Positions 1-8,575 of a stretch of 43,521 bases of DNA are shown in pieces (position 1 is the first letter of the stretch; every line of letters starts with the position of its first letter). The notes beneath the pieces were generated by a model, which did no database searches, was not told the origin of the DNA, and was given only the letters and a program-made list of their open reading frames with translations. Position numbers and translations under genes: made by a program. The DNA comes from a virus: the IMG/VR virus record IMGVR_UViG_3300045988_124583, positions 1 to 43,521 of that record; one strand, written 5' to 3'.

Positions 1-119
1 CACGCGCTCTGCATAGAGCACGGTCGCGCCGTTGGTCTCGAACTTGTAGCCAATGGTGCTGAACTGATTGAGAGGACCGCCTACCTGAGACTTGTCCTTC
101 ACGATCATTTCAAGCGCAC
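1..119. repeat. Terminal overlap, copy 1 (identical to 43403-43521)
   Basis: Base-by-base comparison of the first and last 119 nt shows identity. Confidence 0.95.
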
Positions 120-1041
120 CGCCGTCGGGGTCAATGATGCCGAAGCCGTCCTTACCGAACATGTAGTTGGCGTAGGTCGCACCGCCTGCCTTGTTGGCAT
201 ACTCGCCCTTCAGGATAGGTGCGAATACGTCCTCGATGAAGCGGCAGCCGTGCAGCTCACCAATCTCACCGTTGAAGATCTCGGACACAGCAGCGTACTT
301 GTGTGCCTCGATCCAGTCCTTGTGCTTACGCAGGTCGTATGCAACGGAGGGAGTGATCACGCAGTAATACTTGCCGTTGATGGTGGGAACGCGGTTCTTC
401 TTCATGATGGTAACTGCCTTTGCTACCATATCGGGAGTAAACGCACTCATAACGGTTGCGGACGCTTCCATTTCACCGGGAGCGGTAGGAGTGCCTGCAA
501 CAGTACCGTCTGCGAGAGTGATGTTATCGCAGTACAGAACGTTGGTGTTAACGAGCAGCGCGTCACGGATCAGCGTTTCCTGCGTCTCTGCCGCAGATGC
601 GCCCATTTCCTCGGTAGCACCAAGGATAACGTCGTCGTATGCGCGAAGCTCGAGAATGTCGGTCACGGCAGCGTAAGTACCGTACTGATCGATAGAGCCG
701 GTCTTGGAGCTCATACCGAACTTCTGACCGGTAGGAATAACACCTTCCTGAAGCTTGGAAGCCTTTGCAAAGGTGTTCCACTTTCTCCACTCCACGGTCT
801 TGCCGTGATTCTTGGGAAGCTTCTGCTTCTTGGCGAACTGTGCATAGAACATCTCGACGCGAGCGTTTTCAAGCAGCTCGGTGTCATAGAACGTCTTGAG
901 CTCGCCGTTCATGGTGTTGGTAGCGTCAAACGCGGTAGTATTACCGTCGTATGCGTTAACGTAAGAGCCGGTCGCATTGACAAGAGTACCGGCGTCAGCA
1001 AACAGCTGAAGGTTCAAAATGAACATAATGAAATTCTTCAT
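1..1041 (-). CDS. Major capsid protein, first 347 codons; the gene crosses the circular junction and ends at 43352 (363 aa in total)
   Basis: ATG at 1041 is preceded by GGAAGGAGA. Translation starts MKNFIMFILNLQLFADAGTLVNATGSYVNAYDG and continues ...GKTVEWRKWNTFAKASKLQEGVIPTGQKFGMSS... The gene lies directly downstream of the scaffold gene. The frame continues exactly from nt 1 into 43402. It is absent from the ORF track because the window edge truncates it. Confidence 0.85.
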   Translation of the reverse strand, partial: MKNFIMFILNLQLFADAGTLVNATGSYVNAYDGNTTAFDATNTMNGELKTFYDTELLENARVEMFYAQFAKKQKLPKNHGKTVEWRKWNTFAKASKLQEGVIPTGQKFGMSSKTGSIDQYGTYAAVTDILELRAYDDVILGATEEMGASAAETQETLIRDALLVNTNVLYCDNITLADGTVAGTPTAPGEMEASATVMSAFTPDMVAKAVTIMKKNRVPTINGKYYCVITPSVAYDLRKHKDWIEAHKYAAVSEIFNGEIGELHGCRFIEDVFAPILKGEYANKAGGATYANYMFGKDGFGIIDPDGGALEMIVKDKSQVGGPLNQFSTIGYKFETNGATVLYAERV

Positions 1042-1096
1042 GGATATTTCTCCTTCCAAAAATAAATGTTTTTTTCGAGGAGAAATGTACGCGCGG

Positions 1097-2140
1097 TTAT
1101 CGTTTTCCGGGATACACTTTCTCCCCACGAGCCATTCTTTCGCGGAGATCCTTTTTGAAGGCTGCTCTCTGCTCGGGGCTCGCTTTACTGTAGTCGAATG
1201 TGGTCACGGAAGGTGCTTGGCTCGATGCGCCTGCCTCGTCGGGACGTCTGCTGCCTGCCTGAATAGATTGGGAGATATGTTGCGCTGTTCTCTGCGCTGT
1301 TGCCTGCATAGCGGCTGCTTGGATCTCGTTTCTGTGTACGGCATAATATGCGTCCTCAACGCTGATACCGACGTTAGGAGAGGTCATGCGAGCAAATGCG
1401 GGGTTCTGAAGCTCTGTCCGCAGATCGAATTTAGGGAACACCTTTTTCAGAGCCTCGCCCTCTCGGGTGATCTTATCAAAGTGTGCTCTCAGCTTTTGAT
1501 CTTCAATGGTTCTCGCTTCTTCGCGCTGCGCTCTTGCCGTGTCGCGCTCCTGTTGGTCGATCTTCTTGGCGGTTTCTACCGATACGCCCATGGAAAGGGC
1601 TTTGTCCTCGTAGTAGCCGTCGTCGTCGTTGATCTTCTTGGCGAGTGCGTCGTAATCCATGTTTGCGGGGTCAAGACCGTATTTTCTTGCAAGGAGCTCA
1701 AGCGCAGGCGTGATCTTTCCGAGCGTTTCTTCTGCTCCCTTGGCAGATTTCAGGCGAGACTGCACAACAGATTGCATATTCTTGTTGTACTCGGGGTCTG
1801 CCATGATCTCGTCCCAACTCATACGACGTGGGGCATTGGCGTTAGTTTCTTCCGTAGGTGCTTCCGTAGCAGCGGCGGCCTGCGTCTTAGGTTCTGCCGC
1901 AACGTTTTCTTTGGGCGCGGTGCTTACCGTTCTTGCGGTGCTTGCCGTGCTTGCGGTAGGTTTTGCGGCGGTTCTGTTCGCCCGTCTGCGAATCTTATCC
2001 TCGGGAACACCCAAATCCCGAAGCCTCTGTTCGGCGTCAACAGTCGCATTTTCGCCCGTGGTGGCTGCTCCCTCGCCGCCTCCGTCTCCGGTTCCTTCAC
2101 CGGCAAACAGCTGAAGGTTCAGCCAAAGTTTGTTTTTCAT
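1097..2140 (-). CDS. Capsid scaffolding protein
   Basis: 347 aa with a GGAGG SD. N-terminus is MKNKLWLNLQLFAGEG. The protein is Ala/Glu/Lys-rich and looks helical. It lies between the protease-like gene and the capsid gene. Confidence 0.75.
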   Translation of the reverse strand: MKNKLWLNLQLFAGEGTGDGGGEGAATTGENATVDAEQRLRDLGVPEDKIRRRANRTAAKPTASTASTARTVSTAPKENVAAEPKTQAAAATEAPTEETNANAPRRMSWDEIMADPEYNKNMQSVVQSRLKSAKGAEETLGKITPALELLARKYGLDPANMDYDALAKKINDDDGYYEDKALSMGVSVETAKKIDQQERDTARAQREEARTIEDQKLRAHFDKITREGEALKKVFPKFDLRTELQNPAFARMTSPNVGISVEDAYYAVHRNEIQAAAMQATAQRTAQHISQSIQAGSRRPDEAGASSQAPSVTTFDYSKASPEQRAAFKKDLRERMARGEKVYPGKR

Positions 2141-2214
2141 GAGTAAATCCTCCGATATAATCTACCGCTTTCGGGGCGGTGAGTCCCTATACATAGCCTT
2201 GCGGCGTATATACC

Positions 2215-2538
2215 TTATTCGTTGATGGTGTAGCTCACATTGCTCGGATAATTTGCCGCAAGCAGCTCATATCCTGCGCAGATCGAGTCAAAGATCAATG
2301 TGATAGCCCCCTTGAATTGCTCGTAAGGCTCACAGCTGACCAAGCCGTTTCCGCTTTCAAGGTTGATAACAGCGTCCGATACGTGCTCGCGCTCCTGCAT
2401 ATTGCTTACAGATGCCGCAATGGTGTAGATCAGCACGGAAGCCGCCGCGCAAATCAGATCGTGTCCGGGTTCACCGCTATATGCGTGACCTTCCACCGTG
2501 ATTTTGTTTTCTTTTCTGTCATAGACAGCCTTAATCAT
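2215..2538 (-). CDS. prp: Prp-like (ribosomal-processing cysteine protease family) prohead protease candidate
   Basis: 107 aa. The motif VEGHAYSGEPGHDLICAAASV matches the GH...G-D-(I/L)-(V/I)-C-A-A-x-S His/Cys dyad arrangement of Prp/YsxB proteins. It lies between portal and scaffold. Confidence 0.75.
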   Translation of the reverse strand: MIKAVYDRKENKITVEGHAYSGEPGHDLICAAASVLIYTIAASVSNMQEREHVSDAVINLESGNGLVSCEPYEQFKGAITLIFDSICAGYELLAANYPSNVSYTINE

Positions 2539-2553
2539 ATGTTCTCACCTCTT

Positions 2554-4530
2554 TCAACTTGGTTGTGATGCTTGATTAGAACGGTTTCTCGCATTCTGAA
2601 CACCCTTGGTTTCCTTTTTGCCGTTGCCGGCAATATGGTCACTCTGCATCAGCTGTGCCGTGCCGCCCGAAGCGGGAGCACCGCCGCCACCCGTTGTCAT
2701 CATAATGTCCTGCGCAATGCCTTCTGCCGCTGCGGGATCTACCTTTTGCGCCATCATGAGTGCGAGCTGCATATATTGCAGCAGCTTCTGATACATCGTG
2801 CCGTTCTGCGCAACCTTTTGCATGATGCCGTCCTTGCCGTCAAACTCCATCATATCAAGGCACATAAGCGTCTGATCGGTCATTTGCGGGTTGAAAAAGC
2901 CCATCTTGAAGAACTGCAAAGCAAGCTCGTTCTGCGTGACCTTGGTATATACGTTCTTCTTCTGTGCCGATACCTTAATATCGAACACGGGAAGTCTGAA
3001 GCCTTGATCTTGACCGAATGCGCTGCCTTGCGCCTGCTGCTGAAGACTCGCGTTGGTGTAGCTTACGTACTGCTCTGCGCCGTACTGACCGAGAATACGG
3101 AACTGACGCGGCATATCGTAGAACTGGCGTATCAATTCGATGCACAGCTCAATGATCTTACCGTATGCGCGATATGCGGAGCGAGTGCTGTCCTTGCTGC
3201 CCTTGCCGCTTGCTTCCTGCAAAGCAGCAATAGCGGAAGCAGCCGTAACGCCCGAACTGATATTGCCCGTGCTCGTCTCGGTATTACCCGACGTTTCGCG
3301 CAGCTCCTGCACGGCTCTGTCATACACGTTGATGTAGTTTCCGTCCAACGAATTATGCTGAATGACGCGGAGTGAGTTTTCGTCCGTGCTGCCTGCAACG
3401 TGCACGATAGGCTTTGACAGATCAAGGAACTCTTCCTCATTGATCGCACCGTCACCGCGCGAGAAGTAACGAGGCACAGCACCTACCTGTGCATTCTTGA
3501 CAAAGCTCGTGTTGAGAATGTCAATGGTTGTCTGCGGGCTGCGGCACAGATCAACGTAGCCGTAACCGCAAGGAGAACCCTCAATAGGGTACAGAGCATC
3601 GAACACGTAAGGGTACAAGCCGTGATCGTACAAGCCGCGCTCTGCGACGGAAGGACCTGCTTCCACGACAATAGGTTGACCCGTAATAGGATCAACAGCC
3701 GGCTTCGTGGGTCGCTGCACGTCGTTCTCGGTCGCGTATATGACGGTATCGCCAACGAACTTACAGTACTGCAAGGTGTTCTTTCCGCCGATATACTTGT
3801 GATAGTACACGTCAATAACCGTGTGCTTGTTCTCGGTTTTCACTTGATCGTCGTAAAGGAACTTGGTACTCATAAAGGACTGACCTTTGAGCTTACCCGC
3901 AAGCTCGGGGTATTTCTGCTCCAAAATGTCCTTGTCCCAAAGCTCGGTATGGAAGAAATAGCGGCTCTTTTGAATGTCGGTCACGCCCGGCTCCCAATAG
4001 ATGTTAAGCAGATTGACGCGCTCGACGGCAATATCTCCAAGCCCGTTAAGCTTGGACTTGTCCCAAATGATCTTATATACGCCCGTGCCCGTCTTGATCT
4101 TCTGCCACATGACATCGGAATAGGTGCTTTCAAAGTGGTTTTGTTCAAGAATACAAGGCACAATGGAGGACAGCATACGCGCCTCGCCCTTGTCACCTTC
4201 CTCACGAGGCAAGATGTTAGGCTCGGGAAATGCGTCCATGGCGTCGGCGTGCTTGCTGACGATTACGTTGTGCAGCCAGCCCGAAACACTCGTATAGCCG
4301 CCGTCCTTGCCGACGTTGGTCTGTTTCTGCTCGACCTCGGAATTGCGGAGCTTCCACCATTTTTCGGACTCCAAGATGCGCTGTTCCGTGTTGGTCTTGC
4401 CGCTCTTGTATTCTTGCAGAATGTGCATGAACTCCTTGACCTGCTCCGCGCCAATCGCCGCTTGTGCTGCCGCCATAGGCTGCTGCGGCTGTCCTGTCTT
4501 GGCGGCATCGGGCTTATGTTCGATTATCAT
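2554..4530 (-). CDS. Portal protein
   Basis: 658 aa, immediately downstream of terL and upstream of protease/scaffold/capsid. SD is GAGAGGAGA. The call rests on size and synteny. Confidence 0.8.
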   Translation of the reverse strand: MIIEHKPDAAKTGQPQQPMAAAQAAIGAEQVKEFMHILQEYKSGKTNTEQRILESEKWWKLRNSEVEQKQTNVGKDGGYTSVSGWLHNVIVSKHADAMDAFPEPNILPREEGDKGEARMLSSIVPCILEQNHFESTYSDVMWQKIKTGTGVYKIIWDKSKLNGLGDIAVERVNLLNIYWEPGVTDIQKSRYFFHTELWDKDILEQKYPELAGKLKGQSFMSTKFLYDDQVKTENKHTVIDVYYHKYIGGKNTLQYCKFVGDTVIYATENDVQRPTKPAVDPITGQPIVVEAGPSVAERGLYDHGLYPYVFDALYPIEGSPCGYGYVDLCRSPQTTIDILNTSFVKNAQVGAVPRYFSRGDGAINEEEFLDLSKPIVHVAGSTDENSLRVIQHNSLDGNYINVYDRAVQELRETSGNTETSTGNISSGVTAASAIAALQEASGKGSKDSTRSAYRAYGKIIELCIELIRQFYDMPRQFRILGQYGAEQYVSYTNASLQQQAQGSAFGQDQGFRLPVFDIKVSAQKKNVYTKVTQNELALQFFKMGFFNPQMTDQTLMCLDMMEFDGKDGIMQKVAQNGTMYQKLLQYMQLALMMAQKVDPAAAEGIAQDIMMTTGGGGAPASGGTAQLMQSDHIAGNGKKETKGVQNARNRSNQASQPS

Positions 4531-4546
4531 ATGGGGATCTCCTCTC

Positions 4547-5974
4547 TTAATAGCGTCGTAAATTCGTAAACTGATTCAGCGGGTCAGATACGATGGTCTT
4601 TTTCTCTGTCGGTATGATCGGCGATATGGGGCGTGACATACACATATAGCGCACCTCGTCGGGGCAATGGTCCTCAAGCGTCGTGTCAATGTCCTCAGGT
4701 CTTGTCTCCGAGTACATCATCAGCGGTATTGTGCGGATAAATGCCTTGCAGTTATTGAACACATACATTCGCGGATAGCCGTTCTCGTCAAACTGCAATC
4801 TGTAATGCACCTGCATCCAACCGGGTATGCGCTCATGATCACCGGGAGAGAAGTAGATACCATACTTTTCAGCCGTCTCTGCTATGCTCTCGCCTCGGGA
4901 GCTGTCCCATATAGCAGGGTCAGCCACGCTGTCCACGATCTTGCGGTTCTTCAGCCATGGGTGTTCGCGCTCAAAGTCTCGTATGCGTCGGAACTGCTCG
5001 TCGGGCGACCACTTAACGCCCTCGTTCGGGGTCTGTGTGCAGCCGTACATTTCCATAATGCGGTATAGCGTACCGTCGTAGTCCACCGCCCAATAACCAA
5101 GAGAAAACGGCTTATTGTAGCCGAAGTCGTATGATCGCATGATATTCCAACCGCGGCACTCACCGCTGTTCAGGTCAAAAGGCTCAATAACGTGGGTAAA
5201 GCGGCGTTGCGCCAACGCTTCCTCCACGGTAATGCCCGCCTTGGTGCACAGATCAATATCGGGTGTCGGTCGAAAGTCCTCAAAGAACTGTCCCTCGAAT
5301 ATGTCCCATCGCCCATATAACCACGCCTCACGCAGCTTAGGCGGCAGGGCTTCCAACTGCTTGATATAGTCGGGTTGGCTCTCCATAAGTGCCTTGTTGT
5401 CGGTCACAAGGGCTTGAATAAACTCGTAGTCCCCGGGCACTTCCCCGCTCTCGTACTGCTTGTCTATGAACAGTCGCTTGATATAGCCGTGCGACACACC
5501 GCCGGGGTTGCAAGTGTAATAAATACGCTTGGGAAAGCTGTTAACACCACGCACGCAGGCCGTGATCTTCTTGATCCACATTTCTTGAAGCTGCGTAGCC
5601 TCGTCAAGAAAGATAACGTCGTATTCCGCGCCTTGGTATTGGTCAAGGTCACCATCTGTAGCGCAATAGCCGAAATTAATTGTGCTTCCGTTGGGGTAGA
5701 TAAAGACCTTTTCTGTTTTGTTATACTTGGCTATGCCATTGAGTTCAGCTCTAAGCTGGTTTATATGGTTGTTTATGAGTTCCTTATATGTCCGACGAAC
5801 TATGAGTATCTTTATACCGCCAAAGCGTAGGCATAAGCGTTTTGCCTTATCACGCACCGCCCACGACTTACCGCCGCCACGTGCGCCGCCATAGCCTATA
5901 TGCTTCTTGTGTGCCGCAAGAAAAAGCTTCTGCCGTTCATTCGGCTCTTGTAAGACAATTCTTTGCTTACTCAT
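4547..5974 (-). CDS. terL: Terminase large subunit
   Basis: Walker A-like GYGGARGGGKSWA near the N-terminus, then ...VIFLDEAT (Walker B-like), with a nuclease-like C-terminal half. I place the start at ATG 5974 (GAGGAG SD 8 nt upstream, ATGA overlap with the terS stop) rather than the track's GTG at 5983. Confidence 0.9.
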   Translation of the reverse strand: MSKQRIVLQEPNERQKLFLAAHKKHIGYGGARGGGKSWAVRDKAKRLCLRFGGIKILIVRRTYKELINNHINQLRAELNGIAKYNKTEKVFIYPNGSTINFGYCATDGDLDQYQGAEYDVIFLDEATQLQEMWIKKITACVRGVNSFPKRIYYTCNPGGVSHGYIKRLFIDKQYESGEVPGDYEFIQALVTDNKALMESQPDYIKQLEALPPKLREAWLYGRWDIFEGQFFEDFRPTPDIDLCTKAGITVEEALAQRRFTHVIEPFDLNSGECRGWNIMRSYDFGYNKPFSLGYWAVDYDGTLYRIMEMYGCTQTPNEGVKWSPDEQFRRIRDFEREHPWLKNRKIVDSVADPAIWDSSRGESIAETAEKYGIYFSPGDHERIPGWMQVHYRLQFDENGYPRMYVFNNCKAFIRTIPLMMYSETRPEDIDTTLEDHCPDEVRYMCMSRPISPIIPTEKKTIVSDPLNQFTNLRRY

Positions 5975-6444
5975 TCGTTCCACTCCTCAGGGCCCGCCAT
6001 GAATACAACCTCAATCTCGTTGACGGAATCATCTTCCTTGTCCGCTTGCTTGCGCAGGTTAGCGATCCTTGCCTCTTGCTCTCTGCTGTCGGCATCAGAC
6101 TTAACGCCAAGCAGCTCGCGCAGATCGCAAAGGGACGCGGTCAAGCGCCGTATAGCCGTCGTGTCCTTGGGGTCAACTGCTTCAATGGCTCTCTCGAGCT
6201 TTGCAGTCATTTTGCCGACCATCTTGTCATACTTCCCTACGGCAGCGGCTCTATTTTTGGAAATTTTTTCGATGCTTTTTGTAATTGTCTTTTCGGCGAG
6301 TTGTTTGCGCTGCCCGCGCCAATCCTCAGCCTTGGAACGTTTGTATATGGCGTCTACACTTACGCCATACTTTTCTGCGAGCTTCCTGTATGACGTTGAC
6401 TCGTCTGCGATATATTCTTCTCGTAACTGATTCCAATCCAACAC
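5971..6444 (-). CDS. terS: Terminase small subunit
   Basis: 157 aa. N-terminal HTH-like segment STSYRKLAEKYGVSVDAIYKRSKAEDW. GTG start with an AAAGGAG SD. It lies directly upstream of terL and overlaps it. Confidence 0.7.
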   Translation of the reverse strand: MLDWNQLREEYIADESTSYRKLAEKYGVSVDAIYKRSKAEDWRGQRKQLAEKTITKSIEKISKNRAAAVGKYDKMVGKMTAKLERAIEAVDPKDTTAIRRLTASLCDLRELLGVKSDADSREQEARIANLRKQADKEDDSVNEIEVVFMAGPEEWNE

Positions 6445-6525
6445 ACAGGACGTGCTCCTTTCTGTCTGATCTTACGAATATATGATACAACAATGGCAAA
6501 GCAAATCTAAACACACCCCCCACGC

Positions 6526-6557
6526 AAAAAAAGACGGGGAATATGGTACTCCCCGTC
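6526..6557 (-). terminator. Rho-independent terminator separating the early/replication genes from the packaging operon
   Basis: Minus-strand RNA forms GACGGGGA-(9 nt)-TCCCCGTC followed by a 7-U run (A-run 6526-6532 on the plus strand). It lies between the stop at 6566 and the terS start at 6444. Confidence 0.75.
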
Positions 6558-6565
6558 CGTATGTA

Positions 6566-6784
6566 TTATGTCGGATATTTGCTGTCAAGCGCCCGGCACA
6601 CAAGGCAACGCTTGTGCCCTTGAATATTGTCGCAGTGCCGCGCCGTGTACTCCTTCAGCTGCTTTTTGTCCTCAAATACAAGATTGATAGTGTTTGTCTT
6701 GTCTGTCCCCTCGCAGCAGATCCGATTGTCGTTGTGCCTGCGATAAAATGGGCAGACCGCATACTTGGATACATACTCGGACAT
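6566..6784 (-). CDS. Small Cys-rich protein (72 aa), function unknown
   Basis: ORF with the C-x-many-CC...C..C pattern (AVCPFYRR...RICCEG...HKRCLVC). It is the last gene before the terminator and terS. Confidence 0.6.
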   Translation of the reverse strand: MSEYVSKYAVCPFYRRHNDNRICCEGTDKTNTINLVFEDKKQLKEYTARHCDNIQGHKRCLVCRALDSKYPT

Positions 6785-6801
6785 ACAACATCACCTTCCT
6801 T

Positions 6802-7182
6802 TTATTTGTTCTGCTCGGCTTTTTCAAGCATCTTTTTCAGCCGATACTGCCAATCGCCGTCGTCAAGGTCGCCCGCTTCCTCGCGGAATGCATGGTAGTA
6901 GAGGAATGCAAGCTTTTCCGCGCTCTTGATAAACTTCTTGAGCAACGCGGAATCCATCTTGAATTTCAACGTGGACGTTACCTTGGTGTCAAGTCCCACC
7001 TCGATCACAAGCTCGCCCGGCTCGTGCGGGATCTCGTCAAGGAGGTTGTCTTGCGGTGCAGGTCTGAAAACGACTCTGATCGGGTAGGTGTCCTCTTTTA
7101 CCTCACACTCGTAACCGGCAGCAACCTCGCAGTACTGCATCAGGGCGTTTCTCGTAGATTCAAATTCTGTTCTTGCTTTCAT
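6802..7182 (-). CDS. Hypothetical protein (126 aa)
   Basis: ORF in the co-directional gene array with plausible composition. I recognise no motif. Confidence 0.6.
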   Translation of the reverse strand: MKARTEFESTRNALMQYCEVAAGYECEVKEDTYPIRVVFRPAPQDNLLDEIPHEPGELVIEVGLDTKVTSTLKFKMDSALLKKFIKSAEKLAFLYYHAFREEAGDLDDGDWQYRLKKMLEKAEQNK

Positions 7183-7211
7183 TTCTTTTTTTCCTTTCTT
7201 TGGTGAATTTA

Positions 7212-7361
7212 TTATTTGTTTTCGGATTCGCTTTCCAGCACTTCGTCCAAAATCTCGACAGCCTCGCGCAGAGCGTCACTCTGAATCGTTTTCAGCGTCC
7301 ACGAAACGCCCTCGATAATGCCGATGGCTCTCTGCATCTTTTCTCTGTTTTCCTGTGTCAT
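7212..7361 (-). CDS. Hypothetical small protein (49 aa, below the ORF-track cutoff)
   Basis: ATG at 7361 has a GGAGG SD 7 nt upstream and an ATGA overlap with the upstream stop. Translation is MTQENREKMQRAIGIIEGVSWTLKTIQSDALREAVEILDEVLESESENK. Confidence 0.55.
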   Translation of the reverse strand: MTQENREKMQRAIGIIEGVSWTLKTIQSDALREAVEILDEVLESESENK

Positions 7362-7870
7362 GTTTGATCCTCCTTGTATTTCTTTTTGACTTCGTATTCG
7401 TATGCAACAACGGAGTGAAGAGCAACAGAAACACCGATTTGCGCACCACGATATTCTTTTTTTTGGTCAAAATCGGGCTCCAATGTTGCTTTATATCCGT
7501 ACTTATCGACCATGTTCTGCAATAGGAGCTTAACGCCCGCAAAAATCTCGTTCGAAACCTCTCTCTTGGCTTCGGCAAGCTCCGCTTCGTGCTTTTCCTT
7601 CAAGGCTCTGATTTCCTCCCGGTGTTCAAGACAGATCTTGTCTATGGCCATGTTGCACTCTCGAGCCTTATCTTGTAATGCCTGAGAGTATTCGATCTCC
7701 TGCGCCGCAAGAACCTTGACCGCGCGCTTCACCTCGCTCTTAGGTACTACGTCGGCGGTAGGGGCATTTTGCACCGCTTTTATAACGCTTATAGCCATAT
7801 CAAGAACGCTTGCGCCTTTTGATAAATCAATATCCAACTTCAGCGCATCTGCATCAATATATCGTGCCAT
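7358..7870 (-). CDS. Hypothetical protein (170 aa, coiled-coil-like middle)
   Basis: ORF in the array with helical, charged composition. Confidence 0.6.
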   Translation of the reverse strand: MARYIDADALKLDIDLSKGASVLDMAISVIKAVQNAPTADVVPKSEVKRAVKVLAAQEIEYSQALQDKARECNMAIDKICLEHREEIRALKEKHEAELAEAKREVSNEIFAGVKLLLQNMVDKYGYKATLEPDFDQKKEYRGAQIGVSVALHSVVAYEYEVKKKYKEDQT

Positions 7871-7875
7871 ATCAC

Positions 7876-8286
7876 TTAACCTCCTTTCACGTATAAATCA
7901 TAGATGGCAACGGCACTTCTCGTAGACAGCTCACTAACGCCACGTTCAAATTCTTGCAAATACGCTTGATTCGACTCTTCATTTTCGAACTCATAGAGGT
8001 TATTATAGAAAATAGATATCGGACAGCCAAATAACCAATTATCCGTACCGCAATGAAACATACCACCAACCATGCTGTTGTATCGGATTCCACCCCACGG
8101 CAACTTTTCGCACACGGAATAGCAAGTAGCACCGCACACCTTTTGCGTCATAACAAAATAGTTTTCAGAAACAGCCTTTACGCGCATAGGTCGTTTCCAA
8201 TTGTTTATCTTAATCAAGTCACCGACCTTGATAGCGTCCAAGATCTCTTTTGTCACGTTTGTATAATGCGTATATTGTTTGCTCAT
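7876..8286 (-). CDS. Hypothetical protein (136 aa)
   Basis: I place the start at ATG 8286 (MSKQYTHYT...) because AAAGGAGA lies 4 nt upstream. The track start at 8301 lacks an SD. Confidence 0.6.
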   Translation of the reverse strand: MSKQYTHYTNVTKEILDAIKVGDLIKINNWKRPMRVKAVSENYFVMTQKVCGATCYSVCEKLPWGGIRYNSMVGGMFHCGTDNWLFGCPISIFYNNLYEFENEESNQAYLQEFERGVSELSTRSAVAIYDLYVKGG

Positions 8287-8297
8287 ACGTTCTCCTT

Positions 8298-8417
8298 TCA
8301 ACCAAACTTGTGTATTGCATATAGGATAATAACCACGAATAAAGCCAACGGTAACAAAATGCCGAATCCAATGGAAAGTACGCCATGGAATAATTCAAGC
8401 AGGGCTGTTGTCATCAT
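8298..8417 (-). CDS. Possible 39-aa single-TM peptide
   Basis: MMTTALLELFHGVLSIGFGILLPLALFVVIILYAIHKFG. It overlaps the end of the Cys-rich ORF. No clear SD, so this is tentative. Confidence 0.3.
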   Translation of the reverse strand: MMTTALLELFHGVLSIGFGILLPLALFVVIILYAIHKFG

Positions 8418-8574
8418 CGTCGTTATCCTCCCAATCGACCTCGCTTTTTCCGTGATGCTCGCAATTTTCGTTATTGCAAAATTCGCAATCATAGCGGAAC
8501 TGACACCCGACACACTCAAAGGCGCAATCTTCATCTGATCCACAAATGAATGAGCTACAGTAATGTCGTGGCAT
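8395..8574 (-). CDS. Small Cys-rich acidic protein (59 aa, below the track cutoff)
   Basis: ATG at 8574 lies 6 nt after GGAGAA and 1 nt after the upstream stop. Translation is MPRHYCSSFICGSDEDCAFECVGCQFRYDCEFCNNENCEHHGKSEVDWEDNDDDDNSPA. Its codon usage is more natural than the overlapping 109-aa track ORF, which uses several ATA/AGG codons. Confidence 0.5.
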   Translation of the reverse strand: MPRHYCSSFICGSDEDCAFECVGCQFRYDCEFCNNENCEHHGKSEVDWEDNDDDDNSPA

Positions 8575-8575
8575 A

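Noticed and set aside
1-119. Terminal repeat as a biological direct terminal repeat or cos region
   Set aside because: It lies in the middle of the capsid coding sequence and closes it in frame, as expected for an assembler's circular overlap. Real termini cannot be inferred from the sequence alone.
1047-1085. Inverted repeat TTTCTCCT / AGGAGAAA that could sequester the capsid SD
   Set aside because: Only 8 bp of stem with a 23-nt AT-rich loop. Any SD has a complement somewhere nearby, so this is too weak to call a regulatory structure.
250-2146. Plus-strand ORFs 250-1065, 371-676, 1019-2146 and 1659-2114
   Set aside because: They are antisense to the capsid and scaffold genes, which have SD sites and recognisable sequence. 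The plus-strand translations are Cys/Arg/Val-rich junk.
7276-7578. 100-aa minus-strand track ORF
   Set aside because: It is out of frame across two better-supported genes (7212-7361 and 7358-7870), and its composition is basic and junk-like.
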